The position numbers were made by a program, and so were the translations under genes. A stretch of DNA of 64,000 nucleotides, taken from Verrucomicrobiota bacterium (GTDB taxonomy: Bacteria; Verrucomicrobiota; Verrucomicrobiia; Opitutales; Opitutaceae). How positions within the stretch are numbered: position 1 is the first letter of the stretch; the number at the start of each line of letters is the position of its first letter. This document shows positions 10,640 to 18,986 of the stretch, one piece after another. Below the pieces are notes generated by a model. The model had not been told where the DNA came from and ran no database searches. It was given only the letters and a program-made list of their open reading frames with translations. The stretch is taken from the NCBI GenBank assembly GCA_014584295.1, contig JACTNC010000058.1:148669-212668 (forward strand), in the 5' to 3' direction.

Positions 10640-11668
10640 TCAGTGCTCTCTTGATTTCCCCTCGTCCATTGAATACCGGGTCAATCGCCCACGCGCCAGC
10701 AACCAGTATGGCAACAGTCGTTTCATTACCTCTCTTCTTATCCTAGCAAATCTCGATCCTCCCCTAACATCAAACCTAGGAAATCCAACCTGAGAAGCAA
10801 TGTCAAACCTCCTCTTCAGCATCCAGCTATTGTAGACATAGGCATCCATGTAAGGCTTATATATGAGATCCAGCATGGCTACCGAAAGTTTGACTCCATA
10901 ACTATTAATCCCCAGATCGAACCAACTAGGAATCACCTCCCGAAATCCTTGAAAATGATAACATAGAAGTGGAACCTCATCTACAAGAATTCTAATTCCA
11001 TCTCGTCTGATGGACACATCTTCCACATTCCACGGCGCCAGATTGACTCCGCGATGCGAAACTATGGCGACACTCCCAAATTGTCTGGGCATTGCATCTA
11101 AGTAGCCCTGGTCAGCGTAATTCCCTCCCTCGACACGGTCATAGCACCATTCCAGACAGCGTTCCTTCCACCACTCAACGCAATCCAGACCTACCTGGCT
11201 CCTTCGAAACGACACCCAACCAACGTTGTAGATCCCACACTTTTCAAGATGCCTTAACCTTCCAGGAAAACGGTGCGGAACGATTGCGATATCAGCAGCA
11301 GCCTGCGCCTCAAAAACAAGAGACGCCGCTCCAAAAAAATAGAGGTCCGAATCGACGTAGGCAATTGCATCTGCCTCAACAAAGAGATCGAAGCAATGAC
11401 AAATCAAGACGGGCGTAGCAGTAAAATACCTTTCTACCCTAGATCTTCCCTCACAACTTGAGGCATATTCCGGATGGCATGAAAGGAACTCATCCAAAGC
11501 AATTCCGCACAGTTCATCGCCCTCTAATGATCTTACAACAAGCAACGTTGCCTCGTCGAAACATAGAACAGCCAATCTGAATGGCTCTTTCTGATCTATC
11601 AGAGATTGTCTAAGGCATAAGAGCCGAGCGACATAGCCCTGATCACAATATGTGCAGAAGTAATGCAT
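10640..11668 (-). CDS. putative nucleotide-diphospho-sugar transferase (GT8-like)
   Basis: 342-aa ORF with an ATG start. N-terminus MHYFCTYCDQGY and DxD motif YVDSDLYFF. Lies in the AT-richer island. Confidence 0.45.
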   Translation of the reverse strand: MHYFCTYCDQGYVARLLCLRQSLIDQKEPFRLAVLCFDEATLLVVRSLEGDELCGIALDEFLSCHPEYASSCEGRSRVERYFTATPVLICHCFDLFVEADAIAYVDSDLYFFGAASLVFEAQAAADIAIVPHRFPGRLRHLEKCGIYNVGWVSFRRSQVGLDCVEWWKERCLEWCYDRVEGGNYADQGYLDAMPRQFGSVAIVSHRGVNLAPWNVEDVSIRRDGIRILVDEVPLLCYHFQGFREVIPSWFDLGINSYGVKLSVAMLDLIYKPYMDAYVYNSWMLKRRFDIASQVGFPRFDVRGGSRFARIRREVMKRLLPYWLLARGRLTRYSMDEGKSREH

Positions 11669-11706
11669 GTCACATTATAGAGAATCTCTGATGGTTCATG
11701 TGTCGT

Positions 11707-12501
11707 CTACCGCCTGCGAAAGAGCATCCCACTGTATTGCACCACGTCCGGATCAATCCGATCGAAACCCTGCCATTCGTTGACCAGATCGAATCGCTCC
11801 TTTATAACATCAAGCAGGTGCTGCCGACTCATTAGCCAGCACGGGTAGCTTCCTCCACCAAGCATAGCCGGTGTATGTTGGACGGTGATACGTTCGCATC
11901 CATCCAGAGACAATGGAATTCGGTCTATGATGATATACTCTACCACACTGTTCATCGCCATGGACAATACGATATAGGGATCTTCCAAATATTGTAAGAC
12001 TCCCGAGAACAAGATGGCGTTGCAATCCCCACTGTCGAGGGCTACTTCCAACTCACCATGGAATTGAAGCGTCCCTGATGAGAATTCCTCGCCGGCCTTT
12101 ACGAAGTGAGCTTGTTCGACAATCCGCCAGCGTTTCACTCCCATACTTCCAAGTATCTCTTGGTGCTGCCGCCAGGTACTTCCAAGGCCACCTCCAAAAT
12201 CGACCACTCCAAAAGGGATACCACTCCAGGTCGCCACCTTCTGAAAGGCGGCCATCAACGGAGTATGTACCTCCAACTCTTGAAATGCATGACCATCACG
12301 TTCCCATAATGCCCGACCCTGCAAGACCTCTCGCGTCGCCTGCACAGCGCGGTCGAGTACTGCAAGATCATCATAACCCACCGAACTAGCCGCCGCCTCC
12401 TCCCAAGACTGGAAAGTTCCCCGGAACCATCTCCTCTGGAATCTCATGCGAAGCTTGCGTCGGAGGCTTGATGGAATGAGCACTTTCAAAAGGCTGCGCA
12501 T
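11707..12501 (-). CDS. SAM-dependent methyltransferase (TIGR04325/LIC12133-like, polysaccharide-cluster type)
   Basis: N-terminal FRGTFQSWEEAAASSVGYDD and SAM motif-I-like VVDFGGGLG. The ORF-track start is TTG at 12534; ATG at 12499-12501 gives MRSLLKV. Confidence 0.55.
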   Translation of the reverse strand: MRSLLKVLIPSSLRRKLRMRFQRRWFRGTFQSWEEAAASSVGYDDLAVLDRAVQATREVLQGRALWERDGHAFQELEVHTPLMAAFQKVATWSGIPFGVVDFGGGLGSTWRQHQEILGSMGVKRWRIVEQAHFVKAGEEFSSGTLQFHGELEVALDSGDCNAILFSGVLQYLEDPYIVLSMAMNSVVEYIIIDRIPLSLDGCERITVQHTPAMLGGGSYPCWLMSRQHLLDVIKERFDLVNEWQGFDRIDPDVVQYSGMLFRRR

Positions 12502-12514
12502 GTATTGCAGGAGC

Positions 12515-12805
12515 TTAATAAACAGAACAGCCAATGCTTCTATTCTCTAGTACCAAATCCCATACAAACTGCCTGTATCGGCAAGCCAGGCAACTGTACA
12601 TGGGAATCCAAGTTTGTTGGCATCGTCGCCTACAAAACATTGCAGCCCGTGGGACTTCTATAATCCGCGATCGGCGTAAGCAGGACTTTCCTGCTTGGAC
12701 GACCAATATTTCAGCCGCGGTCGCTCCGCAATTCTCTCCAACCCTCATCAATTCAGCCTCAAGACTAAGGAAATTGCACCCACGGAATAAATGACGTATA
12801 TTCAT
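12515..12805 (-). CDS. hypothetical small Cys/Arg-rich protein (96 aa)
   Basis: This ORF exactly fills the 300-nt gap between two genes. Its ATG (12803-12805) overlaps the upstream gene's TGA (12802-12804) as ATGA, and it ends 13 nt before the next ATG. No recognisable motif. Confidence 0.3.
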   Translation of the reverse strand: MNIRHLFRGCNFLSLEAELMRVGENCGATAAEILVVQAGKSCLRRSRIIEVPRAAMFCRRRCQQTWIPMYSCLACRYRQFVWDLVLENRSIGCSVY

Positions 12806-14433
12806 GCGGGATGTGGCACTGAATCGATAGATCCACAGTTCTCACGATTATGTCTAACAATAGCCTCATTATACTCCCTTAGAAACTTTTGTCGGAGGCA
12901 ATCGGTTTCGAGGCTCAGCAGAATTGTATTCAATTCCGTTGCTGTTGTCACTAGCGGAAAACCGATCCGGACATAATCACCAAAGTATGGAGCATGCTTT
13001 GAAACGTTGACGCCCGCAATCAATTTTCCCCTACGAGCCGCAACCAAGAGCATCTGGGAGTGCTCACCCAGAACCATATCCGCCCAAGCTATGTCTTCTT
13101 CAACCGTCGACGAAACAAGAGATAGATTTCCCATCCGGGAGAAACTAGAACCATCCGCTTGCGCCCCTTGCGACACGATAAGGTTTGCTAACCCCGTGTC
13201 CGCGATGCAATCGATGGCACGCTTTATCGAGATCAACCCTTGATGTTGCGGATGCAGCCACAATGGATGTGGCCGATAACAAATTGTGATATCGGGCCTT
13301 TGCCTGGCTACGCTCATCAGCAGCGCTAGTGTAAGATCCTCGTCGGATCGATTCTTTAGTGCCGTCCAATCTCCTGCCCCGCTTGATATATACAGTATCC
13401 GACGCAGACCACCCCTTCCATCCGAAATATCGATTGTTGGCAGTTTCCATTCTTGAAAGCCACTCCAAACCACACTCTTCAAGCCATGATTACTAAAGAT
13501 GCCCTGCGAGAATCTATCCCATACATAATATCGCGCGACGCGAGGTCTATAAAGAAGATATCGGCTTGGGTAGTAACTCGGCAAGAAACTATCCTGCAAA
13601 TTTACATACTCCAATCCACGAGCGACGGCAAATTTCGCGATCCGCGGATTGTGCGCATGGCTGGCAGCAGCCACGCAGGTAACAGCTCGATCTAACAGCC
13701 GCCATGGCCAATTCACAAGCCGCAGGAGCAACCTCCAGATATATAAATCCCAATTCATCTTTAGCAAGACGCGGAATTGAAATGAAATCCAGCAACGGGT
13801 AGTCCAGCCTACGACCTCCAATCTAACCTTCTTCCAATCAAGAAACTGGCTCACCCGCTCAGGGCGCCCGACCAGTAACCACCTCTCCCCATCACAAAGC
13901 AAATAGTGCAACGGGATCGGCTCACGGATTTTTTCACGCAACCACTGGAGCAAATTCCTCTTCGGTGCTACTGCACTTGGTGTCCTATCAATCAAACCTA
14001 TGCTGCACCATACTTCAGCGACAATCCCGAGATCATTACAAAAGACAGCCCCTCCTTGCACATCAAATTGCGCACCAAGCCGCCTTGCGGCCGTTTCATT
14101 CTTAAGCCGAGTCAGCAAAGAGTAGTACTCTGCCACCTGTTCGCTCTTATATTTCAGCTCAAACCCAAGAATTCTATCCGCCTCTTCATCACAGGACTCC
14201 ATATCCCGCTCATCCATCAAATCATGAAAGGTCCTAAAATGGCATGCACCTGGCCCACAAAGTTCTACCCGGAGCCTTTCACACGGAAACATGTGTTGCG
14301 ATGTCAGGATGCAAATATCCTCTCCACGTCGCAGGTTCAACTCAACCTCAAGAGACGACCAATCGACACTGATCGAAAATATATATAGCCATACTCGAGG
14401 ACGAGCCTCCCGACTTTCCTTCTCAAAGGGCAT
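12802..14433 (-). CDS. large polysaccharide-biosynthesis protein; C-terminal half possibly TagB/TagF- or KpsS-like glycerophosphotransferase, N-terminal half unassigned
   Basis: The long ORF is clearly coding-sized. ATG at 14431-14433 (the track start is GTG at 14454). The C-terminal region RILYISSGAGDW...ICYRPHPLW loosely recalls the ILYAPT...HP pattern of CDP-glycerol glycerophosphotransferases. It sits directly downstream of a TagD-like gene. Confidence 0.4.
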   Translation of the reverse strand: MPFEKESREARPRVWLYIFSISVDWSSLEVELNLRRGEDICILTSQHMFPCERLRVELCGPGACHFRTFHDLMDERDMESCDEEADRILGFELKYKSEQVAEYYSLLTRLKNETAARRLGAQFDVQGGAVFCNDLGIVAEVWCSIGLIDRTPSAVAPKRNLLQWLREKIREPIPLHYLLCDGERWLLVGRPERVSQFLDWKKVRLEVVGWTTRCWISFQFRVLLKMNWDLYIWRLLLRLVNWPWRLLDRAVTCVAAASHAHNPRIAKFAVARGLEYVNLQDSFLPSYYPSRYLLYRPRVARYYVWDRFSQGIFSNHGLKSVVWSGFQEWKLPTIDISDGRGGLRRILYISSGAGDWTALKNRSDEDLTLALLMSVARQRPDITICYRPHPLWLHPQHQGLISIKRAIDCIADTGLANLIVSQGAQADGSSFSRMGNLSLVSSTVEEDIAWADMVLGEHSQMLLVAARRGKLIAGVNVSKHAPYFGDYVRIGFPLVTTATELNTILLSLETDCLRQKFLREYNEAIVRHNRENCGSIDSVPHPA

Positions 14434-14833
14434 CTCTTGCGTCCAACCCTTCACGAATCATTGATGAACTGATACCATCAGTATAGTCGAAGTATATAAC
14501 TTCACAGGTAACCGTCGGATAGCGTCCACGCCAGTCCGAACCCACCACGATCGCATCGATACCAAATTCATCAACTACACGCTGTTTATTCTTATCAACT
14601 TGCGCTACTACTTTATCCACACACCGAAGTTCCGAAATTATCTCCATTCGATGCTCTAGGCTCATAAAGGGTTCGCGACCTTTAACTTGTCTGATCAGTT
14701 CATCCGTTGAGACGCCAACAATAAGCGTTCCGGCAATCTTGCGAGCCCGTCGAAGAATATTTAAATGGCCAAAGTGGAAGGGATCAAACGCTCCAGTTGT
14801 ATAAACCGTACGATAGCGATGTAACATATTCAT
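14423..14833 (-). CDS. tagD: glycerol-3-phosphate cytidylyltransferase-like (cytidylyltransferase family)
   Basis: HxGH nucleotidyltransferase motif in TTGAFDPFHFGHLNILRRA, and about 136 aa, the usual TagD size. ATG at 14831-14833 overlaps the wzx TGA (14830-14832) as ATGA. Confidence 0.8.
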   Translation of the reverse strand: MNMLHRYRTVYTTGAFDPFHFGHLNILRRARKIAGTLIVGVSTDELIRQVKGREPFMSLEHRMEIISELRCVDKVVAQVDKNKQRVVDEFGIDAIVVGSDWRGRYPTVTCEVIYFDYTDGISSSMIREGLDARDAL

Positions 14834-16140
14834 GATAGCCCTACCCTCCACAGCGCGAATGCCCGGAGCTTTAGGCCAAGCTGTGGTCTTACACGAGAAT
14901 CCATCAGATCATAAAGAATATTGGCGGCAAAGTGGCCAGAGGCTGCACCGATCGCAGCACCGCTAATGCCCAGGCGGGGGATAAGAAGTGTGTTGAGCAG
15001 CAGATTTGTTGCAAGACCTAGGATCGCCTTACGCATAACACCTATGGTATGCTCTTCTGCAACATACCATTTTCCGGCTGCAATGCCAATAGTGAGGAAA
15101 ACTCCGCCCATCAAGTGTATCCGCAATGGGGTCGTAGCACGCAGATAGTCTTCTCCGAAGAGCTGGTTCACTAGGAGGGGTGCGGCTATCCACAATATAC
15201 CTGCTAACAATACAGCGGACCACAGCATGTAGGCATAGAACCTGGTCAGACGCTGTCGATATGTTTCCGCTCCAAGCGCGCGACCTTGCAATATCCAAGG
15301 ATTTAGTACCGTACCAAGAAACATTGGGACAAAATACCATGCCTCCGCCAGGCGAATTGCGGCCGAATATACGCCAACTGACTCTTCGTCCGTAAATACT
15401 CTTAGCATTACTTGATCAAGCCTCATGCAACCAGCAATAGCCGCCGCCGAAACAACCATCGGCCAACTCTTTGAAATCAATGCACATGCTCGACGCGCAC
15501 AAAAGCGCCAGCGTATGCGCCGGAGATTTCTTCGAGCATAAAATATGGCCAGAAACAGCGCCCAAAGTGCCATCTCAAGCAAGACGGCTCCAGCAAAGTA
15601 TTCTAACGATGCACCCTGGGCGATTAGCAGAACCCGCATACTGGAAGCAATCGTTAGCGAAATAATGCCTGCGAGTACTGTCCAGGCATTCTGCGATTGA
15701 GACTGGAAGTACAGGTCAAAAACATTGGCGCACTGCAGAATGAGATCAAATCCGAGAAGCGCAATCATCCAAAGTTCTCTCCCATTGCCAAATTTAAGCC
15801 ACCAGACAGTTAGCAATGTAAAATATAATACGCTCCCAGCCACCAACCTCAGCCAGAACACGGTTCCTAGCGTCTCACCGACATCTTCCCGAGATTCGAT
15901 AATCTCTCGCACAACCAATCCATCGAGTCCAACTGCGGCAAACGGTCCTATAATCGCTGTCAGCGACATCATATAGTTCAGCTCGCCAAACGCTTCGGGA
16001 GCAAGATGGCGAGCCATCCAAACACTGACGGTCAAACCCACAGTCAATCTAAAGAATCGTCCAGCCAACAACCATCCAAAATTTCTAACATATGATACTG
16101 GCATGAAATGATATAGTGATGATGACGCATGGTACGGCAT
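14830..16140 (-). CDS. wzx: polysaccharide flippase (Wzx/MOP family)
   Basis: Multi-helix hydrophobic protein throughout, with a MOP/Wzx-like N-terminus VRNFGWLLAGRFFRL. Candidate starts are ATG 16140 and ATG 16104 (the track start is GTG at 16161). Confidence 0.7.
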   Translation of the reverse strand: MPYHASSSLYHFMPVSYVRNFGWLLAGRFFRLTVGLTVSVWMARHLAPEAFGELNYMMSLTAIIGPFAAVGLDGLVVREIIESREDVGETLGTVFWLRLVAGSVLYFTLLTVWWLKFGNGRELWMIALLGFDLILQCANVFDLYFQSQSQNAWTVLAGIISLTIASSMRVLLIAQGASLEYFAGAVLLEMALWALFLAIFYARRNLRRIRWRFCARRACALISKSWPMVVSAAAIAGCMRLDQVMLRVFTDEESVGVYSAAIRLAEAWYFVPMFLGTVLNPWILQGRALGAETYRQRLTRFYAYMLWSAVLLAGILWIAAPLLVNQLFGEDYLRATTPLRIHLMGGVFLTIGIAAGKWYVAEEHTIGVMRKAILGLATNLLLNTLLIPRLGISGAAIGAASGHFAANILYDLMDSRVRPQLGLKLRAFALWRVGLS

Positions 16141-16209
16141 GTGGCTATTATACCTGCCCACAATGATGCGTTGGATTTTCGCTCGAAATCATTTCCCAAA
16201 TTGGCTTTA

Positions 16210-17085
16210 TTATCCCTCCAGCAGCCGCAGCACTGACTTTGGTGACTGGTTGGCTTGGGACAGCATCGCGGTGCCGGTCTCGTTGAGGAGCTTGAGCTTG
16301 GTCATCTGGGTGGTCTCGCTGGCGACGTCGACATCGCGGATCCGCGACAGCGCCGCGCCGAGGTTCTCGCCTTCAACCGCCAGGGTCTGCCCGAGGATTT
16401 CCAGGCGACTCTGAACGGCACCGACCTTGGCCCGTTCGGCGGAAATCGCGTCGAGCGCACTTTCCAGCGCCGCAACGGCATTCGGATCCTGGACAGAAAG
16501 CAGGAAATTGCCGGAGGCATCCTGCGTGATCACGGACGCTACGGCGCCTGTCCGCAGATTGTTTGGCGCAACATTGACCACTTCATCGGAATTGGCGCCG
16601 ACATCAAGGCTCATCCCTCCATCCGCCCCAAACAATTGCCGGCCATTGAACACGCCAATCGGATCACTGACATCCGTCGTGCCGCCGATCTGTGCAGTCG
16701 TGCCACCAACGGTGTCGCGCACCTGTTGAAGCAGCGTCTTAAACTCTTCCTGATACAACGCGATATCACCCGCACTTTGAATCGGGTCGCGCGCACGCGT
16801 CGCCAATTCGGAGAGTCGCGTCAGGGCAGACCCCATTTTCGCCAGCATGCCATCCGCCGTCTGCACGTGGGAAATGGCATTCTGGACATTCGTGGCCGCC
16901 GCACCAATCCGCCGGGTCTGCGACTCAAATCTTGCGGTCACACCGACACCCACCGGGTCATCGGATGGACGGAGGATCCGGTTTCCTGAACCGAGCCGGG
17001 AAATCGACCTGCCCAGGAATTCCTGGGTGCGGCCGAGGCCTTCTGCGAGGGCATACGAGGTGACGCTGAACGAAGAACTGCTCAT
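16210..17085 (-). CDS. fliC: flagellin
   Basis: Flagellin N-domain RLGSGNRILRPSDDPVGVGVTARF and C-domain ..TQMTKLKLLNETGTAMLSQANQSPKSVLRLL. ATG at 17083-17085. Short (291 aa) flagellin. Confidence 0.9.
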   Translation of the reverse strand: MSSSSFSVTSYALAEGLGRTQEFLGRSISRLGSGNRILRPSDDPVGVGVTARFESQTRRIGAAATNVQNAISHVQTADGMLAKMGSALTRLSELATRARDPIQSAGDIALYQEEFKTLLQQVRDTVGGTTAQIGGTTDVSDPIGVFNGRQLFGADGGMSLDVGANSDEVVNVAPNNLRTGAVASVITQDASGNFLLSVQDPNAVAALESALDAISAERAKVGAVQSRLEILGQTLAVEGENLGAALSRIRDVDVASETTQMTKLKLLNETGTAMLSQANQSPKSVLRLLEG

Positions 17086-17161
17086 CGATGGATGGAAAAA
17101 TCAGGGTTGTTGAAAGTCGTGGGTGCGGACAGGAGGTCGCGCATCGGATTCGCGCACCAAC

Positions 17162-17422
17162 TCAGCCGGCAGCGGGTGGTTTCGGAGCAACAGGCGGCAG
17201 TTTGGGCAGCGTCAGCTTCGGCAACGATGCCGTGCTGGAGGCAACTGCCGCAGCCTGGTTGGACGCTGCAATGTCCGTCAGGACTTCCTTGCGGAAGATC
17301 GGGACCTCGCGGGGGGCGGCGATGCCGATCTTCACGGTGTCGCCGTCGATCCGGGTGATGCGGATCTCAATGTTGCCACCGATGACGATGGCTTCGTTCA
17401 CTCGACGTGTCAGGACTAGCAT
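17162..17422 (-). CDS. csrA: carbon storage regulator / flagellin translational repressor CsrA
   Basis: [47 protein letters not shown] is a canonical CsrA core. ATG at 17420-17422. Carries a Pro/Ala-rich C-terminal tail (..[20 protein letters not shown]). Confidence 0.9.
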   Translation of the reverse strand: MLVLTRRVNEAIVIGGNIEIRITRIDGDTVKIGIAAPREVPIFRKEVLTDIAASNQAAAVASSTASLPKLTLPKLPPVAPKPPAAG

Positions 17423-17438
17423 GGGTGAACGGAGTTTG

Positions 17439-17867
17439 TCAGTTGGTGACCAAGGGGTGGCGTGCGCTGTAGCGGCCGTGATTCGCAATCACAACCTGCT
17501 TCGCAACTCCAGTCCGGCGATTGACGACGACTGGCCCGACGAGATTCACCGTCGCGGTGGGCGGGACGGAACGACTCACCGTGACGATGTTCAGGATGAG
17601 TGCATCCGCCGCATCGCTGATGCCCAGGAAGGACGCATCTTCGTCAAACAGCTCGATTTCGTAGTCCGCCACGATTCCGGCGGGCTCGATCACCACAAAA
17701 TCAACCGGCTCCCCTCCCAGCAGCCGCATCCAGCGGAACGGCAATTGCTCCGGATTGTAGAGCAATTCGAAACCTGTGTGGTCGGGAAATCCCACCAGCC
17801 CCTCCGGCAGCCGGACTTGCTGGGGTGGTGATTCAGGAAGCACGGGGGCTTCTGTGCTGACTTTCAT
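17439..17867 (-). CDS. fliW: flagellar assembly factor FliW
   Basis: [17 protein letters not shown]...PFRWMRLL...FVVIEP matches the FliW family pattern. Sits 16 nt upstream of csrA, as in fliW-csrA-flagellin modules. Confidence 0.85.
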   Translation of the reverse strand: MKVSTEAPVLPESPPQQVRLPEGLVGFPDHTGFELLYNPEQLPFRWMRLLGGEPVDFVVIEPAGIVADYEIELFDEDASFLGISDAADALILNIVTVSRSVPPTATVNLVGPVVVNRRTGVAKQVVIANHGRYSARHPLVTN

Positions 17868-18056
17868 GGTTTGGGAAGAGAAACGAAATCAGGGATTTGG
17901 TCGAGCGGGAGAATGCACGAATCAAAAACAAAGTCTATCGAAGGCATTGGCAGTTCAACGGATGAAACACTACGTCGTAACGTCTGGGAATCGGGTTGGT
18001 TGATTGGAAGAATTGAATTGTGGCAGAGAAGACAGTCCTGCACTCAGCCGCATGAC

Positions 18057-18953
18057 TTAGCGTAGGTAATCCAGCAGCGACATCTGGAGGATCCTCGTCG
18101 CTGAAGAGAGGGCAGCTTCATACGCATTGGTGGTCTGCCCGAGCCGAACCACCGTCTCAGGGATGTCGGCATCGACCTCGCCTGAAACCAAGTTTTCCAG
18201 ATTGTCCAACCGCGCCTTCTGCTGCGCCTGACTGATTTCAATTCGAAGCTCGACGGCGCCATGGCTGCTGAGGGCATTCACCAGCATATCCTCAGTCTGC
18301 TCAAGCGCGGGCCGCGTAGCGGTCACCGCAGCCGTGTTGCCACTCGCGAGCGCGTCGCGGAGCGTCACAAGGCGGTTGATCATGTCGCGCACACCGAGAT
18401 TGGTGGCCGAATCCGTTCCAGGGGCAATGGCCGTGGATTCCGAAAGCGGCACCGAGACCTGCGATGAATTCCCCGCATAGGTCACGGCTGTGATCTGGCC
18501 GGCGACATTGCGCGTCGCGGTAAACGGCTCGGTATCCAGCGCGGTGCCGGCAAAAAGATAGTCGCCCCCAAACCGCGAATTACCCGTCTGGAGGGTCTGT
18601 TCAATCAACTGGTCGACTTCCGCCGCATAGGCGCGCAAGGCATCGGGACTCGCCGTGCCCGTGCCCAACGTGGCGATTTCCCCGGCGCGGTCGGAAATGG
18701 TTTTCAGGCTCTTCAGTCCGGCAAACGATGCCTGCGAAATCTCCAGCGCCTTGCTCGCGTTCTTGGTGAACTGTGTCAATTGCCCGCGTTCATGCTCCAT
18801 GTTGAGCACACGCCCCACAGCCGCAGGATCATCACTCGGAAGGAAGATCCGTTGATTCGTGGCCAACTGGTTTTGCAGTTGCGACTGCCTGGAAGCCAGC
18901 TTCTGGATCTGAACAATGACCGCCTCGGCGGAACTGTTGGTCGGGACGCGCAT
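18057..18953 (-). CDS. flgL: flagellar hook-associated protein 3 (hook-filament junction)
   Basis: Flagellin-like N-terminus MRVPTNSS...LPSDDPAA. Located after flgK. Confidence 0.8.
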   Translation of the reverse strand: MRVPTNSSAEAVIVQIQKLASRQSQLQNQLATNQRIFLPSDDPAAVGRVLNMEHERGQLTQFTKNASKALEISQASFAGLKSLKTISDRAGEIATLGTGTASPDALRAYAAEVDQLIEQTLQTGNSRFGGDYLFAGTALDTEPFTATRNVAGQITAVTYAGNSSQVSVPLSESTAIAPGTDSATNLGVRDMINRLVTLRDALASGNTAAVTATRPALEQTEDMLVNALSSHGAVELRIEISQAQQKARLDNLENLVSGEVDADIPETVVRLGQTTNAYEAALSSATRILQMSLLDYLR

Positions 18954-18986
18954 GGGATGAAAGAGGAGATTCGGTCAGGGGGAGGC

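Noticed and set aside
17086-17161. sigma28 promoter for the flagellin gene (TCCGATGC resembles GCCGATAA).
   Set aside because: Only 5 of 8 positions match, there is no TAAA at the -35 position, and the geometry differs from the motA promoter.
17219-17232. UAS-like palindrome CGGCA-ACGA-TGCCG, about 140 nt upstream of the fliC ATG.
   Set aside because: The spacer is 4 nt rather than 5. It lies inside the csrA coding tail, and no TGGCAC-N5-yyGC element follows it. It is most likely chance in G+C-rich coding DNA.
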